A DNA stretch of 64,000 nucleotides, taken from contig JBMORU010000001.1 of the NCBI GenBank assembly GCA_049322215.1, positions 129,697-193,696 of the forward strand. The letters run 5' to 3'. Shown in pieces: positions 1-8,864 of this stretch. Under the pieces are notes generated by a model that worked only from the letters and a program-made list of their open reading frames with translations, was not told where the DNA came from and did no database searches. Source of the stretch: Patescibacteria group bacterium. Its GTDB lineage: Bacteria > Patescibacteriota > WWE3 > UBA101185 > UBA10185. Position 1 is the first letter of the stretch, and every line of letters begins with the position of its first letter. Position numbers and translations under genes: made by a program.

Positions 1-227
1 ATGATGGAAGTTTTTCTACTGATTTCTCTGTACTGATTTTCGTATTCGGTGATAATTTAGTCTCACCAATTTTATTATTACTGTTAAGACTTAATACAAC
101 AATTCCCACTATAAATATTAAAATTATAAACACTAAGTATTTTTTCATACCAGTATATTAGCACTTTATTACAACCTTTATAGAAGTAACTGCCTACTGT
201 TTAAGGACAATCAACAAAATCCCAATA

Positions 228-266
228 CCCTATAGTGTTTACAGAGATTTGTTTTCAATATATAAT
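228..266 (+). promoter_or_regulatory. sigma-70-type promoter with CCCTATAGT element fused to the -35
   Basis: CCCTATAGT-GTTTACA, 17 nt, TATAAT; class A architecture. Confidence 0.65.
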
Positions 267-310
267 TATCAAAACCCAATAAGCATCTGTACGTGCAAGG
301 AGAAAAAAAA

Positions 311-598
311 ATGAAATTTTCGTTAGCTTTGATTAAAAAAGGGCTTGGAAAACTACTCCCAGAAAAAAAACTAAAAGTAACTGGGGTTGTAGAAGTAAAG
401 GAAATGGACAGTAGCATGCTTCAAAGTGACGACCCACCTTTTATGCATGTGACTAAATTAGAAGTACGCAACGGAAGACAGTACGCATATCTAAAAGGGT
501 GGGATGGCGCTGTGCTTGTTTTTAAACGTCCTAACGGCGAGTTTTTTGTTGAGGATGAATACAACAAAAGGCAGGCCTGGGTAACCGGAATCAAATAG
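311..598 (+). CDS. hypothetical small protein (about 95 aa)
   Basis: The track ORF 293..598 starts at GTG. The ATG at 311 is preceded by AAGGAGA (297-303) and the conserved promoter at 228-266. Confidence 0.55.
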   Translation: MKFSLALIKKGLGKLLPEKKLKVTGVVEVKEMDSSMLQSDDPPFMHVTKLEVRNGRQYAYLKGWDGAVLVFKRPNGEFFVEDEYNKRQAWVTGIK

Positions 599-656
599 CG
601 CTAGTATTTCCGTTAAAACTAAAATAAAGCAAATTAAAACATAAGGAGATAAAACA

Positions 657-1160
657 ATGGGTAAGCATCGCCAAATAGATAGCGAAGTAGTACCAGAGTT
701 TTACGCAACAAAAAGTGATAAAAACAGACACAATCTACCTGCGGGCACTGTGCTAGCTATTAGTAGTGAGCACGACTTCCCGGGATATTTCAGTATGGGA
801 TATGTTTCTAAACAGACACCCTTTGGTCAAGGAACCTTCATGGGATTTCACGAAGAAGAACTTCGTAAGGCAACTCCCGAAGAGATCAAAAGAGCAATAA
901 AGACCAAACACCCATACGGCAGAAGATTCCGCCCATATAGCCAAGAAGCAAGTAATGCTGCATGGAATATCTTTTTATCAAAAACGTTCAGCAACTGGAC
1001 TACTGACAGTTCTGACACGCAACCGGTTCTAGATGTGTCTCGCAAACAAATTGAGGACTACGGAAAAGAGGCTGCAGCAAAACACCGTAAAATCCTGCGA
1101 AACTGGGGCAGAATTACACGTAATCAAAGAAACGCAACTATAGAAAAATTGAAGAGATAG
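657..1160 (+). CDS. hypothetical protein (167 aa)
   Basis: ATG at 657 with AAGGAGA 8 nt upstream; a hairpin plus T10 follows at about 1186-1246. Confidence 0.6.
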   Translation: MGKHRQIDSEVVPEFYATKSDKNRHNLPAGTVLAISSEHDFPGYFSMGYVSKQTPFGQGTFMGFHEEELRKATPEEIKRAIKTKHPYGRRFRPYSQEASNAAWNIFLSKTFSNWTTDSSDTQPVLDVSRKQIEDYGKEAAAKHRKILRNWGRITRNQRNATIEKLKR

Positions 1161-1185
1161 TTAAAAAACTCTCAAAACTTTACAT

Positions 1186-1246
1186 CGGCCTGGAGAAATT
1201 GAGGTAGCACATAAACCTACACAATTTTCCAGGCCGTTTTTTTTTT
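1186..1246 (+). terminator. rho-independent terminator (long loop)
   Basis: CGGCCTGG…CCAGGCCG stem followed by T10. Confidence 0.45.
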
Positions 1247-1327
1247 GATTTTGAAAAAAACTCGCCAAAACGCTTTTTGTTGCAACGCTATTGCCTAATG
1301 CGCACCGAATATGCAATATTAACTGCA

Positions 1328-2041
1328 ATGGCCAAGCAAACCAAGAAAGCGTCAAAAACCATCTCATTTATAATACCTGCCTTCAATGAAGAAGCCTCAG
1401 TGTTTCAAACCATTACAACATTACCTTATAAAGAATTGCATTCCCAAGGGTACGAAGTAGAGTGCTTAATAGTAAATAACAATTCTACCGATAATACTGT
1501 TAAATTGGCTCTAGAGGCGGGTGCTCGTGTAGTAAATGAAAAAGTTCAAGGTTATGGTGCTGCATACAAAAAAGGCTTTCAAACAGCAAAGGGTGATATT
1601 TTAGTATGCGGGGATTGTGATGGTACATATCCTTTTGCAGTGACACCAAAACTGGTAGATATATTGATAAACGAAAACCTAGACATTATTACAACCAACA
1701 GATTTGAAAATGGGTTTTTAAAACAGAACAACATGCCTATTGTAAATAGGCTAGGTAACTTATTATTAACGTATGAGGCAAGTTTGCTTTATAACAATGC
1801 AATAAGTGACATTATGTCAGGAATGTGGGTACTAAAAAAAGAAGCCTTAGCAGAAATAAATTTACGCTTTGACGACATGTCATTTTCGCATAACATCAAA
1901 ATCGAAATGATACATCACAAAAAATGCAGGTGGAAACAAATACCAATTGAATATAACGCACGTCAGGGCAGTAGCAAATTAAACGTAGCAAAAGACGGAT
2001 ATCACTGTTTTAAAAACATGCTCGTGAGGAAGTTAACTTAA
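1328..2041 (+). CDS. GT2 family glycosyltransferase, polyprenol-phosphate mannose/glucose synthase (Dpm1/Ppm1/ArnC-like)
   Basis: N-terminal GT-A fold motifs 'ISFIIPAFNEE', 'CLIVNNNSTDNT' and a DXD-like 'CGDCDG'. The start is uncertain: the track ORF begins at TTG 1277, and ATG candidates lie at 1298 and 1328. Confidence 0.75.
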   Translation: MAKQTKKASKTISFIIPAFNEEASVFQTITTLPYKELHSQGYEVECLIVNNNSTDNTVKLALEAGARVVNEKVQGYGAAYKKGFQTAKGDILVCGDCDGTYPFAVTPKLVDILINENLDIITTNRFENGFLKQNNMPIVNRLGNLLLTYEASLLYNNAISDIMSGMWVLKKEALAEINLRFDDMSFSHNIKIEMIHHKKCRWKQIPIEYNARQGSSKLNVAKDGYHCFKNMLVRKLT

Positions 2042-2050
2042 CAAGCATTT

Positions 2051-3499
2051 ATGGCAATTTCAAAAGTAGTAACAGTAATCTGCATAACTGTCATGGTAAC
2101 CTTTGCGGTATTCAATTTATATTTTGGGGTTATACACAATTCACATGTAATTTATGATGAAGCAAATACACTAAACATTATTTCGCAAAGTTACAAAGAT
2201 ATATTTACGCTGCTCTCAAAGGAACAAAACATTCCTGGATACTACTTATTGATAGGAACTGTCTTTAAGGCGTTTAAGTCAGTAACAATTATTAAGCTTA
2301 TAAACTACGTAATTTGGATAGCGTCTATAGTAGCGATTTTTAAGCTACTGAAGACCTACATGTCCAATAACATGGCCTTAATTTTTGTCACTGGATATAC
2401 TCTTATTCCCGGTATAAGCTTTTACTCCTATTTTATTCGTATGTATGGACTTATAGTGTTGCTTGTTATTTTGCTTTTACTATTCTATAAACAATTACTA
2501 GATACTGGAGAAAGTAAGTACCTCATAAGGTTTTTTGTATGCTTAGCGCTCTTAGCAACACTACATGCGCAGTTTGTATTTGTATGGGTAATCTTTTTTT
2601 TCTCATTTATCATTAATTTCTATAAATCTCGAAACTTTAAACTTATATTAATTGCCTTCCTTGCAGTTTTTGTACTATTTTTAATACCCTTTGCATTCAA
2701 AAGTGATCTTATAGATATATATGTGCAAAATGGAATCGCTTATGTAAAAGAACAAAAAGCACCTTACTATACGTTTGTTCATTTGTTGTTTTTTAAATAC
2801 GATAACCCCCTAAGCGTGGTATTGGGATTTACGGTACTTATAACTTTCATTGTATTTTGCCGAAAACATTATAGTAAAACCGAATTTCCTTATTTATTGG
2901 CTATAGTTTTCACCGTTTTAATCCCAATTCATAAAAGCTTTAATCAAACCACAATGCACTATATATTTTTAAGTCCATTAATATATGTGATTGTGGCAAG
3001 GGCACTTGCCTCCGTAAAAACACGGGTTAACATTTTATTTTTCATAATTGCTTTTATTTGGATAAACTCCTTTGTGTTTTCATGGCGATTAATTTTATAC
3101 AAAGATTACATTTTAATTAATGCACTGTGTAAAGAAATAAGCTCAAGTACAAATACCATATATTTAACTAGATTTTATAGCTACGAAGCATTTGCGCATT
3201 GTTCTCGCGAGAACTCCACCAACAAAGCATTTATTATTGCAAACAATAACTATTACGATACATCTAGCTTGTCAAAAGCTGAAGTATTACACATTCAAGC
3301 AGAATTAGGTGGGGATTTTTATAATGATTCGGCAGACGTGTTAACTGTTTACCAAAACTTAAGACAGCTAGAACCTACTAAGCAAATATACTATTTGCCT
3401 GTTTATGACATCCTCAATTTTAATCGCAATGAGAAAGTTTTAAGCACATTAGAAGAAAAAGAACTAAACCCTGTGGTTCCTATTTTTGTCTTACCATAA
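2051..3499 (+). CDS. polytopic membrane glycosyltransferase, GT-C fold (GT39/GT83-like, ArnT/PMT family)
   Basis: 482 aa with more than 10 predicted TM helices and an N-terminal loop 'IYDEANT' (D-E motif). It starts 10 nt after the GT2 stop, the typical Ppm/Pmt arrangement. Confidence 0.55.
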   Translation: MAISKVVTVICITVMVTFAVFNLYFGVIHNSHVIYDEANTLNIISQSYKDIFTLLSKEQNIPGYYLLIGTVFKAFKSVTIIKLINYVIWIASIVAIFKLLKTYMSNNMALIFVTGYTLIPGISFYSYFIRMYGLIVLLVILLLLFYKQLLDTGESKYLIRFFVCLALLATLHAQFVFVWVIFFFSFIINFYKSRNFKLILIAFLAVFVLFLIPFAFKSDLIDIYVQNGIAYVKEQKAPYYTFVHLLFFKYDNPLSVVLGFTVLITFIVFCRKHYSKTEFPYLLAIVFTVLIPIHKSFNQTTMHYIFLSPLIYVIVARALASVKTRVNILFFIIAFIWINSFVFSWRLILYKDYILINALCKEISSSTNTIYLTRFYSYEAFAHCSRENSTNKAFIIANNNYYDTSSLSKAEVLHIQAELGGDFYNDSADVLTVYQNLRQLEPTKQIYYLPVYDILNFNRNEKVLSTLEEKELNPVVPIFVLP

Positions 3500-3632
3500 A
3501 AACGCAAGAAAAGCGGTTTTGAACTCAAGTCAGAAATACTAAGTCCTAGAACTGCATACAAAATATAACTATTGTAGAAGGCTTCAACGTCAAGTAATAA
3601 GTAAATCAACCTCATCTGCGAATCCGTAAATA

Positions 3633-3863
3633 ATGTACAATAACGAGCCTTATGTAGTTCAATTACCTGACGATGAAAATACTGTAATGCTAGTGGACAT
3701 AAATAATGGGAGCGAATACAGTGCTGGTGAAAAGATTTCTATAGAAGAGGCAAGAGAAAGAGATTTACCCACACTAAGAGACCTACTTGTTGGACAAATA
3801 GTAACTGAAATTAAGTGGGTACCCCATAGTATTTACACTTCCCCATATCTACGTTATAATTAA
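3633..3863 (+). CDS. hypothetical small protein (doubtful)
   Basis: ORF only. It has no SD and its 3' end overlaps the conserved promoter at 3822-3860. Confidence 0.3.
   Translation: MYNNEPYVVQLPDDENTVMLVDINNGSEYSAGEKISIEEARERDLPTLRDLLVGQIVTEIKWVPHSIYTSPYLRYN
3822..3860 (+). promoter_or_regulatory. class A CCCYATAG promoter
   Basis: CCCCATAGT-ATTTACA, 17 nt, TATAAT. Confidence 0.6.
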
Positions 3864-3908
3864 CATCAATAATTGTTATCAAAATATCTCAAATAAATGG
3901 AGGCTGAA

Positions 3909-4100
3909 ATGGATCAGTGGAATTGGGATAAAAGAGCAGAGCTGGAATTGGCACGTGCTGAAAATCATTTTCAGTCGCCAACCCCAGACACAGTAAAGTT
4001 AACTGGTGATGAGTCGCGACGTTCGTTTGAATTTCACCTCAAGAAGTGCGCAAACCTAATTGCCCTTTGCGAAATTTTTGCAAGTTACACTAAAACTTAA
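3909..4100 (+). CDS. hypothetical small protein (about 63 aa)
   Basis: Promoter at 3822-3860. A GGAGG SD (3899-3903) favours the ATG at 3909 over the track start 3897. Confidence 0.45.
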   Translation: MDQWNWDKRAELELARAENHFQSPTPDTVKLTGDESRRSFEFHLKKCANLIALCEIFASYTKT

Positions 4101-5134
4101 AAGCTAAAAAAGTCTAACACTCTTGTTATAAATGTTTTTTCGCTACGTAATTCCTCTCCATCTTGTGCATCATAATAAACAGTTGAGGGAATCTCTAATT
4201 CAAAAATACCAAAAAGTTTTTCTGCCTTCTTTGTTTTAAGTTTAAACTCTAGTTTATCTTCTGCATCTGTTTCAAGTTCAACCTCTTCAATATCATCAAC
4301 ATCTTCTGAAGATTCAGCCTTTTCTATAATAGCTTGAGGCATTACACCTAATTTTACGTCGCCCTTAGGAGTTTGTACGTATACACTGCCATCAGCTTCG
4401 TTTACAAATAAAGGAAAGTTTTGCAATCCCGAAATACCCTCTTTTTTAATTAATGTTTCAGTATCTTGGACTCTAATTTTAAGCTTGTTGCCAGTAGAAT
4501 CCTCGGTTTCAGATTCAAAACCTTCGTCACTACCCTCATGCTTTTCTTCTCTTATAAGCTTTCCAGAGGCATCATAGGTTTTAGACTCTATTTTAACTTT
4601 ATCCCCTTCAGTTTCTGTTTTAACAATTGAATAGGTGCCATCACTGTTTTGAATTCTGTTTTGCGTTTTAACTTTATTTTCTAACTCATCTTCCACTTCA
4701 AGTTCGAACTCGTTTTCAAAATCATTGTCATCGTCTTTATCATCATCCTCATCTTCATCTTTGTCATCATCCCTGTCGTCATCTTTATCTTCATCCTTGT
4801 CTTCGTCCTCATCATCCTTATCATCATCTTCGTCCTTGTTGTCATCTTCGTCGTCGTCTTTATCATCCTCATGCTTATTATCTTCTTTAGATTCTTTTTC
4901 GTCATCGTCATCGCCTAAAACATATCCTAAAGGCTGTTCTGACAAAGAATCTTCAGATTTCTTAGGAAGAGCTTTAAAAGAAACAAGAGCAGAAAAAGCT
5001 AAGACTCCTAATACTACAAGTAGCACAGGCAAGTGAAGCATATAAAAAGTAATAGTTGTTTTAGTTTTGCTTGGATTATTTTTCTTAGTGTAATACATAC
5101 TATTAATTTTTAACCTTAATGCCCCATAAGTCAA
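4097..5134 (-). CDS. membrane-anchored polyanionic Asp/Glu/Lys-repeat protein
   Basis: N-terminal TM 'MLHLPVLLVVLGVLAF' followed by about 110 aa of D/E/K-rich low complexity (DDDKDDEDEDKDEDKDDD...) and a structured C-terminal domain. The +strand mirror ORF 4725..5036 is an artefact. Confidence 0.6.
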   Translation of the reverse strand: MTYGALRLKINSMYYTKKNNPSKTKTTITFYMLHLPVLLVVLGVLAFSALVSFKALPKKSEDSLSEQPLGYVLGDDDDEKESKEDNKHEDDKDDDEDDNKDEDDDKDDEDEDKDEDKDDDRDDDKDEDEDDDKDDDNDFENEFELEVEDELENKVKTQNRIQNSDGTYSIVKTETEGDKVKIESKTYDASGKLIREEKHEGSDEGFESETEDSTGNKLKIRVQDTETLIKKEGISGLQNFPLFVNEADGSVYVQTPKGDVKLGVMPQAIIEKAESSEDVDDIEEVELETDAEDKLEFKLKTKKAEKLFGIFELEIPSTVYYDAQDGEELRSEKTFITRVLDFFSF

Positions 5135-5196
5135 ATTTAGTACACAAACAAGCCGCTAAACTTTTGTAATAGTGTAATTTTTGATACCATATTCCT

Positions 5197-5796
5197 ATGC
5201 CAAAAGGTAATGGAAAGCCTATTCCAAAAGTGGAAATAGATTTAAATATATCTCCAGATCAAGTAGAAACATTACTTGGCACATTAAAAGAGCGTTTTGA
5301 GCAAAATATGAACCGCCATAAAGATATTGATTGGGTCAAAGTTCATTCAAAGCTAAAATCTAACCCTAAAAAACTGCAGTCACTTAATGCAATGGAAAGT
5401 ACTGGAGGAGAACCCGACGTTATTGGTTACGATAAAAAAACAGATGAATACCTTTTTTGTGATTGTGCTGAACAAAGCCCTAATCGCCGCAGTATTTGCT
5501 ATGACCGTGAAGCAGAAAAACTAAGAGAAAAAAAGGGAGTTTATCCGGGAGGCAATGCTGTAGAACTTGCCGAAAAAATGGGAATAGAACTTTTAAACGA
5601 AGATCAATATAGAGATCTTCAAAAACTTGGGGAATTTGACACTACAACTTCAAGTTGGATTAAAACCCCTGAAAATATTAGAAAACTAGGTGGCGCTCTT
5701 TTTTGTGATCGCCGCTATGACACAGTTTTTACCTACCACAATAGTGCTGAGTCTTTTTATTCCGCTAGAGGATTTAGAGGGTTACTAAGGGTTTAG
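5197..5796 (+). CDS. DUF4256 domain protein
   Basis: Near full-length similarity by recall to the DUF4256 family (…MESTGGEPDVIGYDKKTDEY…KLGGALFCDRRYDTVFTYHN…ARGFRGLLRV). No SD, so possibly leaderless. Confidence 0.65.
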   Translation: MPKGNGKPIPKVEIDLNISPDQVETLLGTLKERFEQNMNRHKDIDWVKVHSKLKSNPKKLQSLNAMESTGGEPDVIGYDKKTDEYLFCDCAEQSPNRRSICYDREAEKLREKKGVYPGGNAVELAEKMGIELLNEDQYRDLQKLGEFDTTTSSWIKTPENIRKLGGALFCDRRYDTVFTYHNSAESFYSARGFRGLLRV

Positions 5797-5812
5797 TCGC
5801 CATATGTTATTG

Positions 5813-5851
5813 CCCTATAGTATTTACACCTGCCCTACTTCAATATATAAT
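5813..5851 (+). promoter_or_regulatory. class A CCCYATAG promoter
   Basis: CCCTATAGT-ATTTACA, 17 nt, TATAAT. Confidence 0.65.
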
Positions 5852-5891
5852 ATCTCTCACAAACAAATAATCTAAATGTAAGGAGAATAAA

Positions 5892-6215
5892 ATGTCAACT
5901 GATGGCACTGATCACAATGGATGGCATGCGTATCGCCATATCATTAGTGAGGTAAATCTGATTTGGTATTTAGACTGGTATGCTAGACCTGACGAAAATA
6001 CTACTAACTATTTAATTACACCAAAACGGCGTAAGCAAATAGTTAGAATTATCGAAAAAAAATACAAGGTAAAACTTAAACCTGAAGATAAAGCCTGGAT
6101 TTTGGAAAAAATGAATTCACCCCGACATTTGTGCACCGACTTTCCAAACCGGTTTAACCCACGGCACTACCCGTCTTTGACCTCGGATTTACCACCGGAA
6201 AACAAGACTAAGTAA
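5892..6215 (+). CDS. hypothetical protein (107 aa)
   Basis: TAAGGAGA SD; conserved promoter at 5813-5851. Confidence 0.6.
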   Translation: MSTDGTDHNGWHAYRHIISEVNLIWYLDWYARPDENTTNYLITPKRRKQIVRIIEKKYKVKLKPEDKAWILEKMNSPRHLCTDFPNRFNPRHYPSLTSDLPPENKTK

Positions 6216-6258
6216 AAAAAGTAAAAGACACAACTAATCAAAAAATAAGGAGACAAAA

Positions 6259-6498
6259 ATGTCACAACATTGGACTGAAACCGAAAAAGGTAAACAGTTA
6301 ATTGAAAGCGCTTTTAAAGCTGCTAACTTACCAGAAGTACAAGAGAACGAGCTTGAAACTGGGACATACACAAACATGCAAATTGCGAAAATGTTTGATG
6401 ATCCTGCTGAGCTAATTTCGCTACTTATGGCTTTACCAAAAGGTGGAGGCAATGCATCTCGCCGCTCGATTTTGAGTTTTGCTGTAGAAATGCGCTAA
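6259..6498 (+). CDS. hypothetical protein (79 aa)
   Basis: AAGGAGA SD; co-directional with 5892 and likely in the same operon. Confidence 0.55.
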   Translation: MSQHWTETEKGKQLIESAFKAANLPEVQENELETGTYTNMQIAKMFDDPAELISLLMALPKGGGNASRRSILSFAVEMR

Positions 6499-6519
6499 TT
6501 CACCAAAAAGGAATAGTAA

Positions 6520-6747
6520 ATGTACGAAAACATGACATGGATCAACAACAGGCTGGATGAAATCGCAAAAGCTACAAATCCACGGCAAGCTTTAGCTGAG
6601 TGGTTTAACAGCTTATCAAGAACACAACGCGAAAAAGTGTTTATCTTCGCTGGGTGGTTAAACCCCAAAGCATACTGCGACCACAGAATGCAGTTAGAAG
6701 GTGACAACATTTTTGACGAATTGTGTTCTTCGTTAAACATTTCTTAA
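6520..6747 (+). CDS. hypothetical protein (75 aa)
   Basis: AAGGAA SD at 21 nt spacing after the 6259 gene. Confidence 0.5.
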   Translation: MYENMTWINNRLDEIAKATNPRQALAEWFNSLSRTQREKVFIFAGWLNPKAYCDHRMQLEGDNIFDELCSSLNIS

Positions 6748-6840
6748 GCCTTCTTTGCTAGCACTAATGCGCCCTTGTAAGCGATTGAAAAGTATCAGAA
6801 AAACTTGACTACTTAATATCGTTTACCGGGGTGCCTTTTT

Positions 6841-7431
6841 TTACATTTGTAAAGCAACAAACCCCTTTTCAACATCACTAAAATAATATCCTTGATACTT
6901 CTCCAACAAAGGAATGTTAGTTTTTAGTAAATTCGAAGGTGAAAATGTTACATAACTATTAAACCTGTGCTCCAAAATAGTTTCTTTTGCAGGGCATTCT
7001 TCTAACACTCCAGATAAAATAAGGTTTTTGTGAGGTAGTACTATTTCAATTAGCCTACTATCAAAGTAATCTATGTTTTTTATAAAAACTACACGTTCTT
7101 TTATATCAATCAAATTGCTAAAAACATACCTAAAAAGTGTTGTATCTCCACTTTTTATTAAAATAGCTTGTTTAGTTAAAAATTTCTGTAAGTCTTCTTC
7201 TGTAGCAACAATTCCTACGTCATTTTTATATTCTTCTACTTGATTTAAAAAATTTTCGGTAGCCATAGGAAACGCAGTTAAAAACAACACCTTATGCCCT
7301 TGCAAAAATAAATTAGTAATTAGTGAAATACTAAAAGCAGATACACCCGATTTCTCTTGACCAACTAATAAACAAGGAAGCTCATTTAGCGAAAAATTAA
7401 ATTTTTTATTATTAAGTAATATACTATTCAC
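6841..7431 (-). CDS. hypothetical protein with a degenerate P-loop-like segment
   Basis: 196 aa; 'LLVGQEKSGVS' resembles a RecA/KaiC-type Walker A without the canonical GK[ST]. Confidence 0.45.
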   Translation of the reverse strand: MNSILLNNKKFNFSLNELPCLLVGQEKSGVSAFSISLITNLFLQGHKVLFLTAFPMATENFLNQVEEYKNDVGIVATEEDLQKFLTKQAILIKSGDTTLFRYVFSNLIDIKERVVFIKNIDYFDSRLIEIVLPHKNLILSGVLEECPAKETILEHRFNSYVTFSPSNLLKTNIPLLEKYQGYYFSDVEKGFVALQM

Positions 7432-7490
7432 AATTAAATAGTATGTTGGATTTATTGTTAATTCAAGGTGAGTTGGCGTAATCTCTACAA

Positions 7491-7527
7491 CCTATAGTAT
7501 TGACGGCTGGCAATATTCCCGTATAAT
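7491..7527 (+). promoter_or_regulatory. class A CCCYATAG promoter
   Basis: CCTATAGT-ATTGACG, 16 nt, TATAAT. Confidence 0.6.
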
Positions 7528-7582
7528 TCTTGTAACTACAAATTCAAATAAATACCCAACACATAAAAAAAGGAGACTGAAA

Positions 7583-7990
7583 ATGAGCAATATTGCTAAA
7601 ATAAGCAAGGTTGTCAAATCGCTATGGCTAGCAGGATGCTTAAATTTAATGATACTTTCGCTGTATAAGTATTTCTCTAATAGGCAAGAAAACAGCGAAT
7701 TTTTGCTCCTTGCTAGCATTTGGACTATTTCATTTGTTCTGGTTGCGTATTCTCTCATCGAAGAATTCATTGTCGAAAGAGGATTTTCTCGCGAAAAGGC
7801 ATTCGAAAAAGCTGCCAAGTACATTAGGCAAGAACATGGGGAAACAGTGGGGCATCAGGAAGGTTACTACACTTTCTACGAGCACTCCAACAGTCATTCC
7901 CTTGATATCTACTTTGGTGAAACGGCCTATGTGTGCAACGTAAACAATCGCACAGGTGAAGTAGAAATAGTACGTATAACCAAACGATAA
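7583..7990 (+). CDS. small membrane protein (135 aa)
   Basis: AAGGAGA SD; promoter at 7491-7527; two TM segments; terminator at 8023-8080. Confidence 0.6.
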   Translation: MSNIAKISKVVKSLWLAGCLNLMILSLYKYFSNRQENSEFLLLASIWTISFVLVAYSLIEEFIVERGFSREKAFEKAAKYIRQEHGETVGHQEGYYTFYEHSNSHSLDIYFGETAYVCNVNNRTGEVEIVRITKR

Positions 7991-8022
7991 AAAAGAGAAT
8001 AAACATCACTTAGCTTATCTAT

Positions 8023-8080
8023 AGACTGTACTAAACTTTAAGGGATAAATCCCCTTCAAAGTAAGTACAGTCTTTTTTTA
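8023..8080 (+). terminator. rho-independent terminator
   Basis: AGACTGTACT…AGTACAGTCT stem followed by T7. Confidence 0.7.
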
Positions 8081-8115
8081 GAAAGACTTGATTAAATGCG
8101 GCACACAAGTTTACA

Positions 8116-8154
8116 CCCCATAGTGTTTGCCGCGTGTATTTTTTATTGTATAAT
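8116..8154 (+). promoter_or_regulatory. class A CCCYATAG promoter
   Basis: CCCCATAGT-GTTTGCC, 17 nt, TG-TATAAT. Confidence 0.6.
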
Positions 8155-8185
8155 CAACAAACATCAAAATAAGGAGAACTAACAA

Positions 8186-8470
8186 ATGATAATTAGGCTT
8201 GCAAAAAAGTTGCTTGGCTCCCCAAAAGTATACGTTAAATATGGAACCACATATAAGCGTGCCCTTGGCCCCCAAGAAATGCTTGATAGCATTAGCGGAG
8301 CCGGAGGCTTTGTAGTAATTGGAGATACAATTGCTATTTGTGCCACAATTAGCATTGGATCAGGATCGTTCGGGTCAAATAACATTAACGGATTTCCCAC
8401 CTCGAGGATGGAATTGGTTGATGTGACACAAGAAGAAGCAAAACGCATCAACAAAGCCCTAGACTTTTAG
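8186..8470 (+). CDS. hypothetical protein (94 aa)
   Basis: TAAGGAGA SD; promoter at 8116-8154; terminator at 8497-8546. Confidence 0.6.
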   Translation: MIIRLAKKLLGSPKVYVKYGTTYKRALGPQEMLDSISGAGGFVVIGDTIAICATISIGSGSFGSNNINGFPTSRMELVDVTQEEAKRINKALDF

Positions 8471-8496
8471 GATAAACAGCTTTCAAATACTTATCG

Positions 8497-8546
8497 CTTG
8501 GGAAAACAGTAAAACTCAAAAACACTGGTTTCCCAAGCTTTTTTTT
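8497..8546 (+). terminator. rho-independent terminator
   Basis: CTTGGGAAA…TTTCCCAAG stem followed by T8. Confidence 0.7.
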
Positions 8547-8587
8547 ACTAAAAATGCACAAATACAAGCACATAAAGGAGAAAAGAT

Positions 8588-8788
8588 ATGTGGCAATTAA
8601 TTGTAGCTGCAATATTGGCAGCAATTGCAGGTTATAGTGGAAAAAAGTCTTACAAAATTGTTAAACAAAACGAACCTGCATGGGCAGAAACTGCGTTCAT
8701 TTTGATAATAGTTTTTGTACTGAGCTTATGTATATCAGTGGTATTCGGGTTATGGGGAATTATAAGTATTGTTACAGCAGCATACTAA
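8588..8788 (+). CDS. small 2-TM membrane protein (66 aa)
   Basis: AAAGGAGA SD; two hydrophobic helices. Confidence 0.5.
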   Translation: MWQLIVAAILAAIAGYSGKKSYKIVKQNEPAWAETAFILIIVFVLSLCISVVFGLWGIISIVTAAY

Positions 8789-8794
8789 CACATA

Positions 8795-8832
8795 ACTTAT
8801 AGTTTACATGCTGACTCTACCGCTGATATAAT
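8795..8832 (+). promoter_or_regulatory. class A promoter (variant ACTTATAGT)
   Basis: ACTTATAGT-TTACAT, 17 nt, TATAAT. Confidence 0.5.
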
Positions 8833-8864
8833 ACGACCCAACAAACAAATAAAAGGAGACTACT

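Noticed and set aside
228-243. Resemblance of the reverse complement of CCCTATAGTG (= CACTATAGGG) to T7/SP6/K11 single-subunit RNAP promoter cores
   Set aside because: Only the -7..+3 core matches, and the -17..-8 specificity region does not. Half of the copies are CCCCATAGT (reverse complement ACTATGGGG), which breaks the core. The orientation would point away from the genes. The element is consistently phased with sigma-70 -35/-10 hexamers on the gene-facing strand instead.
753-1045. Antisense ORFs 753..944(-) and 848..1045(-) inside the 657..1160 gene; similar internal or antisense ORFs at 10752..10964, 16852..17130, 19713..19913, 20333..20596, 28087..28452, 45167..45355, 48475..48744, 49074..49412, 58335..59202 and 62353..62821
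   Set aside because: They are fully embedded in longer, better-supported genes that have an SD, a promoter, and domain or compositional support. They have no signals of their own.
3633-3863. 76-aa ORF reported as a low-confidence CDS
   Set aside because: It is not fully rejected, but it is doubtful. There is no SD, and its last 40 nt are the conserved promoter of the next gene. It may be a non-coding spacer.
4725-5036. +strand 103-aa Ser/Leu-repeat ORF (SSSLSSS…)
   Set aside because: It is the mirror image of the D/E/K codon repeat of the minus-strand acidic protein. It has no SD or promoter, and the minus-strand ORF has a TM anchor and a structured C-terminus.
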